DNA of 64,000 nt from Candidatus Omnitrophota bacterium (GCA_003528115.1 DOGZ01000006.1:64076-128075), one strand, 5' to 3'. Numbered from the stretch's first letter, positions 9,140-19,481 are shown. Notes: generated by a model not told the origin, from the sequence alone. Numbers and translations are program-made.

Positions 9140-12100
9140 TTACGCCAAAATTTCAGCGTAACCCAAACGTCTCTCTACCGGTCCAAGACTTAAGTTGTAA
9201 CCCTGTTCCGTTGATTTCTCATCTTGAGCGGCATTAAAAGGTTTGGATTTCTGCTCCTGACCGTAATCCGAATCAAACAGCCGAGGGTCATCAAACCCTA
9301 ACATCATCGGGATTTGCATATTATTCATGATAGGCTTGATCTCGATCAAGACCGGTAAAACGCCCTGGATATTGATCTGCTTGATAGGCTGCTGCCAAAC
9401 CGGCAAAGGCTTGCCGTCAGGATCACGCAGAATCTGCATATCCAGCATCGTGGGATCTAAATTGATACCACCCTGGCGTTCAACGCGATCTGCTCCTGCC
9501 TGACCACCGTCACTCTCCAAGGATTTAATCAATTGATCTAACTCGCTTAATCCATTTTTATTGACTTCAACCATCAATGCCCTGTCGAGCTTGCCATCGA
9601 TTTCTATCAATCGATTGTATTTTGCGGTTCGATCAGACCTTGAAAGAGAACCTGTTTTTATCCAGACCCGAGGCATTCTTTTTGTAACAGAATGCCGACC
9701 TTCCATCAACGTTGTAGCCCACTTTGCCAGATCAGCGATGAGGGTATCTTCTGTTTCTCCGGACCTGTGGGAAATCTTGACTGATATACCCATCAATAAT
9801 GCCAATCGTATTAACTCTTTTGTTTCTTTAATGCTTCCAACCTGGTTTACCTTGACCAGAATTGAGTTGATGGTATGCGGCGGGAAGGTCAAAATTTTTC
9901 CGGCGAATTCTATTGTTTCACCACGAACCGCCGCCTTCAATTGCCTCAAATTTGTCACCAGTAAATCATCCCCAACTGTATCTATTCCCATTTTTCTCTG
10001 CATATCGAAGGCCAGTGATTCATACTCGGGTGTCCCGGAAAGTGATGCCTGATTAGCAAATGTCGTTAACCCTTGGTGGCCCTTCATATCATTTTGATCA
10101 AAGGAGTCTTCCAGGGAAACAATAGGAAATCTGCGAACTAAGTCTATCCAGAACAATTGAAGTTCCTCTCTGTTTAGAACAAGAACATCACGTCCCTCAT
10201 ATTTGTCGATCTTTCCAATTAATTTTTCCTCATCTCCAGCTTTTATTGTGATTGGCTTAACATTGCCTTCCTTGTCCCTCTCTCCTTCTAACCAATAAGT
10301 TATCTCACCATCCTTACCTATGAAAGATCTCTCGCTAAACGCCCCATCTGTGGCAAAACCTATTTGTTTTCCAATAAGGTTACCCCATGGTGATTCCTGA
10401 ACGACTTCTGAGGCAATCCTCAAATAATCACTATTAGTAGGAACATTCGGCGCGAATCCTCCTTCATCCCCCACGTTTGTGTTAAGCCCTAATTTCTTTA
10501 ACTTCTTTTTTAAAAGTTGAAATAATTGGGCCTTAACAAAAATGGCTTCTTTTTCAGTCCTTATCGCGTTAGCACCTGTTGCCTGTGTATCTGGCACCAC
10601 GACAAGCATGGTCTCTTGAATATCAACATTGTTATCAGCATGCTCTCCACCATTCAAAATATTGGCTTGTGCTATAACATCATTAACAGGCTGGGGCCCT
10701 GGGTTCAACTCAAAGACTTCCACACCCTTGAGAGCAGCCGTCAAACGCAATGCCGCTGAAGAAATGGCCAAAATCGCGTTGGCTCCGAAGTAATTCTTCA
10801 ATTCCCAGTTCCCTCCAAATTGTTCTTCCATTTTTTGTAACCAGTCATCAATACTCCCCTCAAGCCCGGGGTAAACTTTCTTATCCCATATCGCTTGCTC
10901 TAGTTGTCCAATTAAAAATTCCGCTCGCAAAGCTGCGACCCTCGTTCCTTTGGACGAATACTTCTGAAGCCAGTCAATGGCCTCTTCTTTTGTGTTGGCT
11001 TTACCATCAGTCAAAGTTTTTATGACAGATGCCTCGCTAAGGTAAACAGTGCCTTTGGTATCTTTAATAGCAAACTCCGCCTGACCAGTCTTCACTCTTT
11101 TGGCAAAAGCATCGTCACGAATTTCTAAGGCCTCTCGTTCTCCTGTGGATGCCCCTGAAGGAACATAACCAAACCCTTGCTTCTCATTAAACCACAGTTT
11201 CACTTTTAAAGTTTGATTGCCGCGTGAGTCCAAAATACGCAACACCCTGTTTTGCTGGGAAATCATCGCCGTGTCCTGTGACCGGCTCTTTTGATAATCT
11301 CTTACCATTTCTGCCGACCCATTACTGCCAAAGGCCTTGAAGTGTTCGATGGCTGACGCCTCAATCGCTGCCGTGATCCTGTCTTTCACCCATCCCGGCA
11401 ACGCCTCCAACTCTCCCATAAACTTTCCAAAAATATTCTTCAATTCTTTTCCAATGAGCTTGTTCAGCTTCTTCGCTTCCGCTCCCTCACGCTTCTCAAC
11501 TCCATAATTCTTACCACTGTTCACAATCAAATCATCAATGATCCGATTCACTAAATCCTGCACCTGTTCGTCTTTTTCACCAACTCTAACCAACTGCTCC
11601 CACACAATATTTTGCCAGTGGGTCGCCACATGCGCGGATCTGATCCCCGCTGCCCTTAAGTACGGCAAATTCCTTAACGGCGTACCGGTCACCCCATGCT
11701 GGACGATCTCTATCCTATACGGCTTTAACGCGTCACTAATCGCCTTGGTCATCTGTAAATTCATCTGCGTCTCTATCGGGTTACCCTCTTTGTCATACGT
11801 GTTGCCATGGGATGTTCCGTTGTTGATCGCCAACCGCTCAATCTTGACACCATAATCCAGCAGCCCCTTACCTTCTTTCTCAACGATTGGATTTCCTTCA
11901 TTGTCTAACACTAATTCTGATGAGATGACAGCCCCCGTCTTCTCATCCTTGACCAATCTCTCTTGATACCTCTTCCCTGTCACAAATTCCAGGGCATCGG
12001 CTACCGTCGAGTTTGCATCGTCACCAATCTCGCCAACCTCGGCCTCATGACTGGCGTTCTCCGGCAAGAATCCATCCAAGAATGCCGTGATCAATACATT

Positions 12101-15100
12101 AAGCCGCGTCGGCATAAACGAAGCATCTAACGCAAAGACCGTAAACCCGGCGTCCACTTCCGCCTTCACCAGCTCATATGCCTTCTTGATGGCTTTTAAC
12201 GCGTTGGCCACATTCTCGTTCTCCTTTAACACCTCATCTCCTGTTGCCTTCAAAAACGCCTGGGCACGTTCTGACTTCCCAGAAATCTTCAGGATATCCT
12301 CGAATAAACCCGCCACAATGTCTTGCGCATTCTGATCTTTGATAAAATTATCATTTACCTTGACCGTGATATGATCACCCTTTAAAACATAGTCTGTAAA
12401 TTGGTTCCTCTCTCCTGCCTCCCGCACCGCATCGGCCAATAACCGTGCATTCTCCGGCTTGTACCCGCCCGGCCAGGTATATCCAAACTCACTCAACGCC
12501 TGCTGGAATATCACCACACTCCCGGTCTTCTTCGCCGCCTGCATCATCCCGGGCAATATCAGCAGCGTTCGGATATTTACCGCCATCGTCACTACATTAG
12601 ACCCTGCCTCACTCTCCAACGCTTCGTATAACTCCCGACCGGTCAATTTATCCGCTACCATGGCCGTGTCCGATGTGGCCGCGTCTCCCATCGCCTTTCG
12701 CATCTCAACAGCGGTTTGACGGATTTGGGCTTTAACCGGAAGCGCTCCGAAATGGATATGCCGTATCCCGTCGCCATGTTTCTGTTTCAAATCATTGATA
12801 TCCTTCATAACCTCCGCGATAGTGGTCTCTTTATTCATCTTAATAACAAGGTAAACGGAGTTCTTCGACTCTTTATAGTCTTTTACAAGCCTTTCCAATT
12901 CTCCTGTTTTATTACCTCCTGCTTTATAGATAATGCTCTTATATCGCCCCCCCAAAGCACTCAACAAAGCTCCAGGAACACGTTCATCTTCCCTCACCAA
13001 AGGTGTTATGCCGTTTTCAATAAAATTCGTTATTTGTTTTTGTACTCTTTTCGGGTCACTACTATCAAGGATTGCCGCTGTAACACCCATTTTCTTAAGC
13101 AATTCCGCCGACAGATGCGCTGTATAGGCTCCAATTCCCTGTGTGCTAACCCCATCTGTCGCCTCAACGACAAGGTCTACATAATTCTTTGCGTTTGGAT
13201 CTAAAGGTTGAATATCAAATAACGAAGCGGCGGACTCATCTCCCTCCAATACCTTCTGCCAGGCGCGATAGTCAGTCATAGGAACGGCATGAATAACCTT
13301 CACTTTGCCCTCTAAATTTAATTTCTTGGCTTCATAAGCCTTCAAATACTTTTGGGCTGAAGGTGTATCCATCTGCTTGCCATTAAAAATAACAGTTAAT
13401 TCATCTCCTGATCGAAGGGCAGCCTCAACTATGTTGGCTGTCGAATCTTCCCCTTCCTGGGCTTCTGCCTTTGCTGATGCCCGTCCGATAAAAGCCCCAA
13501 CATATCCAACCTTCTTGGTTAACCCGCCGATATTTTTCACGTTGGCACCACCGCCATAAATTAATGGAACGTCCGTCTCTGCCACTCCAACTGCTTTGGC
13601 AATGGCCTTGACAATGTATTCTTTTCGATACTGAGCCAAGGAATCAGGGATAGCCGTTGTCTTGATACCATTAACCGGTTCATAAGGATTGTAAATACGG
13701 CTCATGTATTCGGCAGGCATACCTTTGTACAAAACATTGATCTGTCCTTCGATTTCACCCTGCGTACTTAATTCTTCAATAATTTTATTCCGCAGTTCAA
13801 CGAGGGCAAATTTCTGAGGGGCGGATAAATCATCCTTTGTATATCCCCAGGCCGTCAGCATCTCCTTCAATTCTGTATCCGATGTTAAACTCTCAAACGT
13901 GCCGGTTTCAATCTTTTGCTTAAATTCAGGGGTATCAGTGATTCTTTGTTTATTCCTATCCTTTAAAAGACTCCTCAACTCTTTAATGGCGAACTCTTCC
14001 TCACGCACGTCCTTGGAATATCCAAAGGCCTGCAATAATAAGGAAGATTCTCGCTTAAAAGCATCAAAATCAATCGTTAAATATCCATCCATCCTTCTAA
14101 TAAAATCATCCAGACGGTTCTCGAAATCAGTACGTTGTGCCACTGGTTTATCAGAAACATATAACTCCGTAGCTTTTAATTTTATATTATTCTGAGTGAA
14201 ATTTCTTAAGGCTGTATAATCGTTTGTGATTTTTGTTCCTTCCCACATACGCTCAGGAAAGTCGCCAAAAGGATAAATCACATTAAAACCAGCCTTTAGA
14301 AATAGCTCCGCCTGCTTTCGGGCCATTTCGGCCGTAACTCCCAAATATTCTCTTGTCTCTGAATGATTGATCACAACGGTTGACGCGTAGGGAACATCTT
14401 CGGGCCTTACATCAGGTCCAATCTGAACGGCAATACTGATCGGACTTACTCTATAAAACTCCTCGCCATTCTCATCTCTGTAAGACTCCACATTCTTGGT
14501 GACGTTCATTAAATTTTGAAGCTCTTTTGTTCCTTTACGTTTATCAATTTTTCTGGCTTCCATAAACCGCTCTAAAGAAACCCCCTTATAATTAGCCTTT
14601 CCAATAGTTTTTAAGGCATCAAGAACATCTCTATTGATTTGGCTCAAAATCGCCTTATCTGATTTTGGTATAAGAACACCCTCTTTGTTGATGTTAGTCA
14701 ATACAGCCGGATCAGCCTTTTCCCCAACGGTATAACCATCAAACGTTGTTATATATTTATTCGTCGCTGTTATCAATGCTGGATCAACCTTCACACCTTT
14801 AAGCGCATCCTTGCCTTTAATTGTAGTCAATTGGGCTTTATCCACACCGAGAAGCCCGCCGGAGAAATACTTTCTTGGCAATACTTCCTGAGCCGCCGCG
14901 TCATAATCTTCCCGGATATAATCAAAGACACCCTTCTTAAAAGCCTCGAGATATTGGTTGTAAATCTTGATTTTAACGTCCTTGTCCGCGATATCAACGC
15001 CGGTGGTCTTGTTTTTATCCATATAAATCTGGCCCAAAAGACTTTCTTTGAGGTTGACCTTGTACCACGTGGCCAATATCATGGAATTGTAAATCTGGCG

Positions 15101-15940
15101 GAGTTTGGCAAAGTTCTTGCCTTCATTGACTTCTTTTTCGATCTCAGGGATAAGCACTTCCCGGACAACATCCGAAGAAATACCGCTAATGACCTCGGTC
15201 TCCCCTGTGCTTAAGTCATTCATGCCGAATTTTGCGCTGTCTTTATTCTGTTGCAGGGCTAAATAGTCCTCTTCCAGCATGACCTTCAAATGGCTCTGCA
15301 AAACAAAGATATTGTTCTCATTCTCATAAACAACTGCCTTATTCGGCACAATCCAGACTTTGTTAAAAGTATTCAGCGGAATATCGGTGGAACCATATTT
15401 TTCCTGGGCTTTAGCGTAAACCCTTTCCCAGAATTTCTTTCCAAGCTCATCTTCCGGATAAATAAGAGAAGCGGTCAATTGCTTGAGGATGTAGTCTTGC
15501 GCCAAAAGATCACGGCCTAACTCGGTCTGACCTAATTGATTAGGAATGATCCGGTTTTTTTCATACGGAGAAAGGTTGACCCACATTTCTTTTTCCGGGG
15601 TTGTCAGCGTGGCCAGGAAATATTTAACGAGTTTGGTGGATTCCGCGGCCAATTCATCCCCCTGAATCCCTGTATCGCCTGTATCGACAATGAAATCAAA
15701 GCGTAACGGATTATCTGGATACAGAGTCATCCCCTGAATCATAGTAGGGGTAAAGCCTTCACTCACAGGAACCATGGCTCCAACGGCAGGCAGATTCAAA
15801 CCTGCCTGCGGCACAAACTGGGCATAGCTTGCCTGCGGCGGCACGATCATGCTGGAAATGAATGTAACGGCAATGAATGAAGAAATGATTTTACTCATGA
15901 AATTATTCTTGGTCTGGGGAACGATAAGATACATTGACAA
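9140..15940 (-). CDS. 2266-aa multidomain protein: N-terminal signal and scaffold domain, TIM-like region, class II fructose-bisphosphate aldolase, enolase, C-terminal GGINL domain
   Basis: NHSETRE/YEPV/LIYGGG (TIM); KGDH, NGTSHG, VQHGVTG (FBA II); LDSRGN, PSGASTG, GDEGGFAP, VKVNQVG, SHRSGETED, IKTGSLSRSDR (enolase). Confidence 0.85.
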   Translation of the reverse strand: MSMYLIVPQTKNNFMSKIISSFIAVTFISSMIVPPQASYAQFVPQAGLNLPAVGAMVPVSEGFTPTMIQGMTLYPDNPLRFDFIVDTGDTGIQGDELAAESTKLVKYFLATLTTPEKEMWVNLSPYEKNRIIPNQLGQTELGRDLLAQDYILKQLTASLIYPEDELGKKFWERVYAKAQEKYGSTDIPLNTFNKVWIVPNKAVVYENENNIFVLQSHLKVMLEEDYLALQQNKDSAKFGMNDLSTGETEVISGISSDVVREVLIPEIEKEVNEGKNFAKLRQIYNSMILATWYKVNLKESLLGQIYMDKNKTTGVDIADKDVKIKIYNQYLEAFKKGVFDYIREDYDAAAQEVLPRKYFSGGLLGVDKAQLTTIKGKDALKGVKVDPALITATNKYITTFDGYTVGEKADPAVLTNINKEGVLIPKSDKAILSQINRDVLDALKTIGKANYKGVSLERFMEARKIDKRKGTKELQNLMNVTKNVESYRDENGEEFYRVSPISIAVQIGPDVRPEDVPYASTVVINHSETREYLGVTAEMARKQAELFLKAGFNVIYPFGDFPERMWEGTKITNDYTALRNFTQNNIKLKATELYVSDKPVAQRTDFENRLDDFIRRMDGYLTIDFDAFKRESSLLLQAFGYSKDVREEEFAIKELRSLLKDRNKQRITDTPEFKQKIETGTFESLTSDTELKEMLTAWGYTKDDLSAPQKFALVELRNKIIEELSTQGEIEGQINVLYKGMPAEYMSRIYNPYEPVNGIKTTAIPDSLAQYRKEYIVKAIAKAVGVAETDVPLIYGGGANVKNIGGLTKKVGYVGAFIGRASAKAEAQEGEDSTANIVEAALRSGDELTVIFNGKQMDTPSAQKYLKAYEAKKLNLEGKVKVIHAVPMTDYRAWQKVLEGDESAASLFDIQPLDPNAKNYVDLVVEATDGVSTQGIGAYTAHLSAELLKKMGVTAAILDSSDPKRVQKQITNFIENGITPLVREDERVPGALLSALGGRYKSIIYKAGGNKTGELERLVKDYKESKNSVYLVIKMNKETTIAEVMKDINDLKQKHGDGIRHIHFGALPVKAQIRQTAVEMRKAMGDAATSDTAMVADKLTGRELYEALESEAGSNVVTMAVNIRTLLILPGMMQAAKKTGSVVIFQQALSEFGYTWPGGYKPENARLLADAVREAGERNQFTDYVLKGDHITVKVNDNFIKDQNAQDIVAGLFEDILKISGKSERAQAFLKATGDEVLKENENVANALKAIKKAYELVKAEVDAGFTVFALDASFMPTRLNVLITAFLDGFLPENASHEAEVGEIGDDANSTVADALEFVTGKRYQERLVKDEKTGAVISSELVLDNEGNPIVEKEGKGLLDYGVKIERLAINNGTSHGNTYDKEGNPIETQMNLQMTKAISDALKPYRIEIVQHGVTGTPLRNLPYLRAAGIRSAHVATHWQNIVWEQLVRVGEKDEQVQDLVNRIIDDLIVNSGKNYGVEKREGAEAKKLNKLIGKELKNIFGKFMGELEALPGWVKDRITAAIEASAIEHFKAFGSNGSAEMVRDYQKSRSQDTAMISQQNRVLRILDSRGNQTLKVKLWFNEKQGFGYVPSGASTGEREALEIRDDAFAKRVKTGQAEFAIKDTKGTVYLSEASVIKTLTDGKANTKEEAIDWLQKYSSKGTRVAALRAEFLIGQLEQAIWDKKVYPGLEGSIDDWLQKMEEQFGGNWELKNYFGANAILAISSAALRLTAALKGVEVFELNPGPQPVNDVIAQANILNGGEHADNNVDIQETMLVVVPDTQATGANAIRTEKEAIFVKAQLFQLLKKKLKKLGLNTNVGDEGGFAPNVPTNSDYLRIASEVVQESPWGNLIGKQIGFATDGAFSERSFIGKDGEITYWLEGERDKEGNVKPITIKAGDEEKLIGKIDKYEGRDVLVLNREELQLFWIDLVRRFPIVSLEDSFDQNDMKGHQGLTTFANQASLSGTPEYESLAFDMQRKMGIDTVGDDLLVTNLRQLKAAVRGETIEFAGKILTFPPHTINSILVKVNQVGSIKETKELIRLALLMGISVKISHRSGETEDTLIADLAKWATTLMEGRHSVTKRMPRVWIKTGSLSRSDRTAKYNRLIEIDGKLDRALMVEVNKNGLSELDQLIKSLESDGGQAGADRVERQGGINLDPTMLDMQILRDPDGKPLPVWQQPIKQINIQGVLPVLIEIKPIMNNMQIPMMLGFDDPRLFDSDYGQEQKSKPFNAAQDEKSTEQGYNLSLGPVERRLGYAEILA

Positions 15941-16169
15941 AAACCTCCGTTTAAGGATAAACGATTTTATATTTAACTTATTGGATTAATTCAAGTTAAG
16001 TTGCTAAAGATCTAATAGTTGCAGAGCAAGAAGGTGAGAAAACGTTTTTTTAATTAGTTCAAGTGGTGAAAAGATAACATGTTTCTACGGGGAAAACAAG
16101 GGGGGGTGGTAAGAAAAAAATGGAACTTTTTGCCTTCATTTAAACAGACATGCGTTCAAAAATCAGGAT

Positions 16170-17096
16170 TTAGCCGTGTTCTCTATCCTTCTTTTCCTTT
16201 AACGATTTGAAAAAGAAAAAACCAATGACCATAAAAGTCATCACAGGGGCCACGTAATGAGGCACATGGATCCCGAATCCTTCCAACAACATCATCATCC
16301 CTAAAAAGAAAATGGAATACATGGCGCCGTTTTTTAAATACACATATTTTTTGATTTTGTCCACACCTCTGATCGTAAATTCCCTCACAACAAAAGCGCC
16401 CAGGCCATTACCCAGAATGATCAGAGGAACCGACATCGTAAAGGCAAACGCGCCAACAACGCCGTCGATGGAAAATGTCGCGTCCAAGACCTCAAGATAC
16501 ATAATTTTACTAATGTCGGATAAATCGCTTTTATTTTTCAATTCCACTTCCGCCTGCTCCGCGTATTGTTTAAAACCGTGCGTGATAAAAAACGCGCTCG
16601 CGCCTATAGAGGCCGCGAAAGCCAACATGGGATCTTTTTTAAGGGCATGCCAAATAATGACGGATAAAAGGGTGGAAACAACCGCGAAGAACCACACCCC
16701 CTGACGCCTGAAAAAATATTCGAGAGGCAATCCGAATTTTTTATGTTCCAGAAACAGCCAATGAAAAAATAAAAAAACTAAAAATATCCCGCCCCCCATC
16801 ATCAATAATGGAGACGATTGTTCCAGGGCTGTTTCCACCTGCGGGTCGCTACTGAAGGCCGCCATAAAAGATCCCCACGGGCCCAAGGCGGGACTTGACA
16901 CCCAGATAATAATCCACGGGAGCAAACCTCTCACAAGAAAGACCCCGAAAAAAATTCCCCAGATTAAAAACCATTTCCGCCACTTTTTATCCATGGTGGC
17001 CAGAACATCCGCGTTGACAACGGCATTATCAATGCTGGAAATCACTTCAAACACGCAAAGCCCCAAGACACTTAAAATGATTTGACCGATTCCCAT
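16170..17096 (-). CDS. DUF475/TerC-family membrane protein
   Basis: EVISSIDNAVVNA, YLEVLDATFSIDGVVGAFA, YLKNGAMYSI; ATG 17096 after GGAGG. Confidence 0.85.
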   Translation of the reverse strand: MGIGQIILSVLGLCVFEVISSIDNAVVNADVLATMDKKWRKWFLIWGIFFGVFLVRGLLPWIIIWVSSPALGPWGSFMAAFSSDPQVETALEQSSPLLMMGGGIFLVFLFFHWLFLEHKKFGLPLEYFFRRQGVWFFAVVSTLLSVIIWHALKKDPMLAFAASIGASAFFITHGFKQYAEQAEVELKNKSDLSDISKIMYLEVLDATFSIDGVVGAFAFTMSVPLIILGNGLGAFVVREFTIRGVDKIKKYVYLKNGAMYSIFFLGMMMLLEGFGIHVPHYVAPVMTFMVIGFFFFKSLKEKKDREHG

Positions 17097-17104
17097 ATTA
17101 TTTC

Positions 17105-17347
17105 TTAACCTCCAATCAGTTTCATCTTCTTTACGCGCGGCCAAGCCTTGATTTCAGCTTCCCGCCTTAGCGCTTCGCTTTGATTCAAACACGTTTCCGA
17201 ATAAAGCAATTGATCGACCCCGAATGTTTTAGTAAACCGCCCGCCTCTTCCCCGACGATGCTCATTGAGCCGTCTCTCAAGACAGGTGGTGATCCCCGTA
17301 TACAGGCTGCCCCGTTTTGTCTTTAAGATGTACACATACCACATCAT
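17105..17347 (-). CDS. GIY-YIG nuclease family protein (YhbQ/YazA-like)
   Basis: WYVYIL...LYTGIT..LERRLNEH, ALRREAEIK. Confidence 0.85.
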   Translation of the reverse strand: MMWYVYILKTKRGSLYTGITTCLERRLNEHRRGRGGRFTKTFGVDQLLYSETCLNQSEALRREAEIKAWPRVKKMKLIGG

Positions 17348-18240
17348 GTCTTCTGATTTTCTTTCGGGAAGGCTTTTAAAATAATCGGATTAAACGCCTT
17401 TGCCGCGACCAGCACATGGTCTCCTGTGCTCAATCCCCTGACTTCATTCTCGGCCGCCACAACCTTCGTCAGGTTGTTTCCAATTTGCACGGTCACGATA
17501 TAAAGAAAATCCTCCTGCCGCATATCCACAATCACGCCGGGGAATTTAAATTTACCGCTGATGGTCTGCGCCGCGAAAATCTCGTCCGGTCTTCCGGACT
17601 TCTGGATCCGGCCTTTATCAAGAACTAAAATACGATCGGATAATTTAAAAATCTCGCTGAAATCGTGACTGACAAAAATCACCGACGCGTTATGACGCTT
17701 ATAAATATCCAACATCTCCTCTTGCAACTTCAACCGCAATTCCAGATCCTGCGACACGAACGGTTCATCCAAAAGTAAAACCTTCGGTTTACGCAACAAA
17801 GCGCGTATCAACGCGACCCGCTGCTTCTGCCCGCTTGAAAGCTGAGCCGGCCGCCGGCGCTGAAATTCCGTTAAATGAACCGCCTCCAGCAGCGCCTCAA
17901 TCATGCCAGCATCTTTTTTGTCTTGCAAGGCAAAATGTAAATTTTCCTCAACGGTCATGTTCGGGAAAAGATTATGTTCTTGAAAAACAAACCCGATCGA
18001 CCGTTTTTGAACAGGCCAATTGATCTTCTTGCGGCTGTCAAACCACACCTCCTTGCTTACTTCAATATACCCTTCTTCCGGTTCACTTAATCCGGCCATC
18101 ATGCGCAGAATCGTGGTCTTCCCCGCGCCGGATTTTCCGAAAAGCGTGACAAACTCGCCGACGCCCGATTCAAAACAAACATCCAATTCCATCGGGCCGT
18201 CGCTTGTATGCAATTTCTTTTTGGCTCTGACACGAATCAT
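17344..18240 (-). CDS. modC: molybdate ABC transporter ATPase
   Basis: GKSGAGKT, LSSGQKQR, LLLDEP, C-terminal TOBE; operon with modAB. Confidence 0.85.
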   Translation of the reverse strand: MIRVRAKKKLHTSDGPMELDVCFESGVGEFVTLFGKSGAGKTTILRMMAGLSEPEEGYIEVSKEVWFDSRKKINWPVQKRSIGFVFQEHNLFPNMTVEENLHFALQDKKDAGMIEALLEAVHLTEFQRRRPAQLSSGQKQRVALIRALLRKPKVLLLDEPFVSQDLELRLKLQEEMLDIYKRHNASVIFVSHDFSEIFKLSDRILVLDKGRIQKSGRPDEIFAAQTISGKFKFPGVIVDMRQEDFLYIVTVQIGNNLTKVVAAENEVRGLSTGDHVLVAAKAFNPIILKAFPKENQKT

Positions 18241-18258
18241 ATCACGCGTACCAATTGA

Positions 18259-18353
18259 TTGACCTCCGTATAATTAATAGAGTTTTATTCTTCAGAGAAC
18301 GTAGGTCGAGATACTGACTGCCACAGTGTTCCATTACTTTTCCGGAAGTCAGT
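18259..18353. repeat. REP/MITE-like element, family A copy 2
   Basis: TTGACCTCCGTA...GGTCGAGATACTGACTGCC...GTTCCATTACTTTTCCGGAAGTCAG matches hairpins 1 and 4 of the 4009 copy. Confidence 0.7.
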
Positions 18354-18383
18354 AACCGGAGCCGTTGTCGCCTTAAAACGCTT

Positions 18384-19046
18384 TTACTGACCCCTTTTAT
18401 TTACCAGATTGAGCGCGAAAAGAATGCTGAAAGATATCATAATGAGGATCCCTGAATAAATATGAGCCTCCGCGTATTTTAAGGCCTCGACTTCGTTAAA
18501 GATGGCAATGGAGGCAACCCTCGTTTCCCCCGGAATATTCCCGCCAATCATCAGGACCACGCCGAACTCGCCGATGGTATGCGCGAACGACATCACAATA
18601 CCCGTCCAAAGCGCCGGTTTGATATTGGGTAAAATGACTTTAAATAACGTTTCTTTCTCCGTTTTCCCCAAGGTATACGCCGCCTCCCGAAGAGAAGAAG
18701 GAAAATTTTGGAAACCTGCTTTAAGGGGGTTTACCATGAACGGAAGGCTGAAAAGCACGGATCCGATCACAAGGCCCAGGAAGGTAAAAGGTATTCGGAC
18801 GTGAACAACATTTTCGAGAAACCGGCCGACCCCTGTCGATGGACTAAACAAAAGCAGGAGATAAAACCCCAGGACCGTCGGCGGTAAAATGAGCGGCATA
18901 CTCACCAAAGGTTCAATCAGGGATTTCCAGGACCGTCGGCTGACAGCCAGCCAATACGCCAGCGGAATGCCGGCCGCCACGAGGATCGCCGTGGTCGCGA
19001 ACGCCAATTGAAAGGTTAAGACTAAAGGACCAAAATCGAATTTCAT
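18384..19046 (-). CDS. modB: molybdate ABC transporter permease
   Basis: PLILPPTVLGFYLL, EAAYTLG, FAHTIGEFG. Confidence 0.92.
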   Translation of the reverse strand: MKFDFGPLVLTFQLAFATTAILVAAGIPLAYWLAVSRRSWKSLIEPLVSMPLILPPTVLGFYLLLLFSPSTGVGRFLENVVHVRIPFTFLGLVIGSVLFSLPFMVNPLKAGFQNFPSSLREAAYTLGKTEKETLFKVILPNIKPALWTGIVMSFAHTIGEFGVVLMIGGNIPGETRVASIAIFNEVEALKYAEAHIYSGILIMISFSILFALNLVNKRGQ

Positions 19047-19450
19047 TGGGGGATCGGCATTAAAGATACTTCATTGGTTTTGACCAGCCATTCAACATGG
19101 TCATCCTCCTTAAGCCCCATGTCCCCAACGGATCTCGTGGAAATGATTGATTCAATCCATTTGCCCCGGTAATCCAAAATAATTTTACTTAAGACCGGCC
19201 CCGTTTCCACCTTCTTTATTCTCGCCGGAAAACGGTTCCTAAAACTGATAAGTCCTGATAAATTCTTGGCAATACCGACTTCTGTTTCTTTAAAAAGAAG
19301 GTGCGCCTTCTCGGCCAACTTATAGTGAAACGGCCCCTTTTTCCCTTCAAGAATGATCGAACTGAAAATGTCGCCGTCCACATCCACATTGATCATAGAA
19401 ATCATGTCTGAAGAATGGATATCGACGATAGTTCCCATGAGCGTATTCAT
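19043..19450 (-). CDS. tandem TOBE (molybdate-binding) protein
   Basis: ISFRNRFPARI, SIISTRSVGDMGLKEDDHV..LVK; lies inside the mod operon. Confidence 0.8.
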   Translation of the reverse strand: MNTLMGTIVDIHSSDMISMINVDVDGDIFSSIILEGKKGPFHYKLAEKAHLLFKETEVGIAKNLSGLISFRNRFPARIKKVETGPVLSKIILDYRGKWIESIISTRSVGDMGLKEDDHVEWLVKTNEVSLMPIPQ

Positions 19451-19481
19451 CAACGTTCCCCCTCTTTCAATTGTCATGGTG

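Noticed and set aside
9140-15940. Giant ORF as a read-through of a normal tpi-fba-eno operon
   Set aside because: Continuous frame with non-enzyme terminal domains, repeated linkers and heavily inserted, divergent enzyme domains
17105-17347. GIY-YIG as a homing endonuclease
   Set aside because: Short standalone YhbQ-type protein with no intron or intein context
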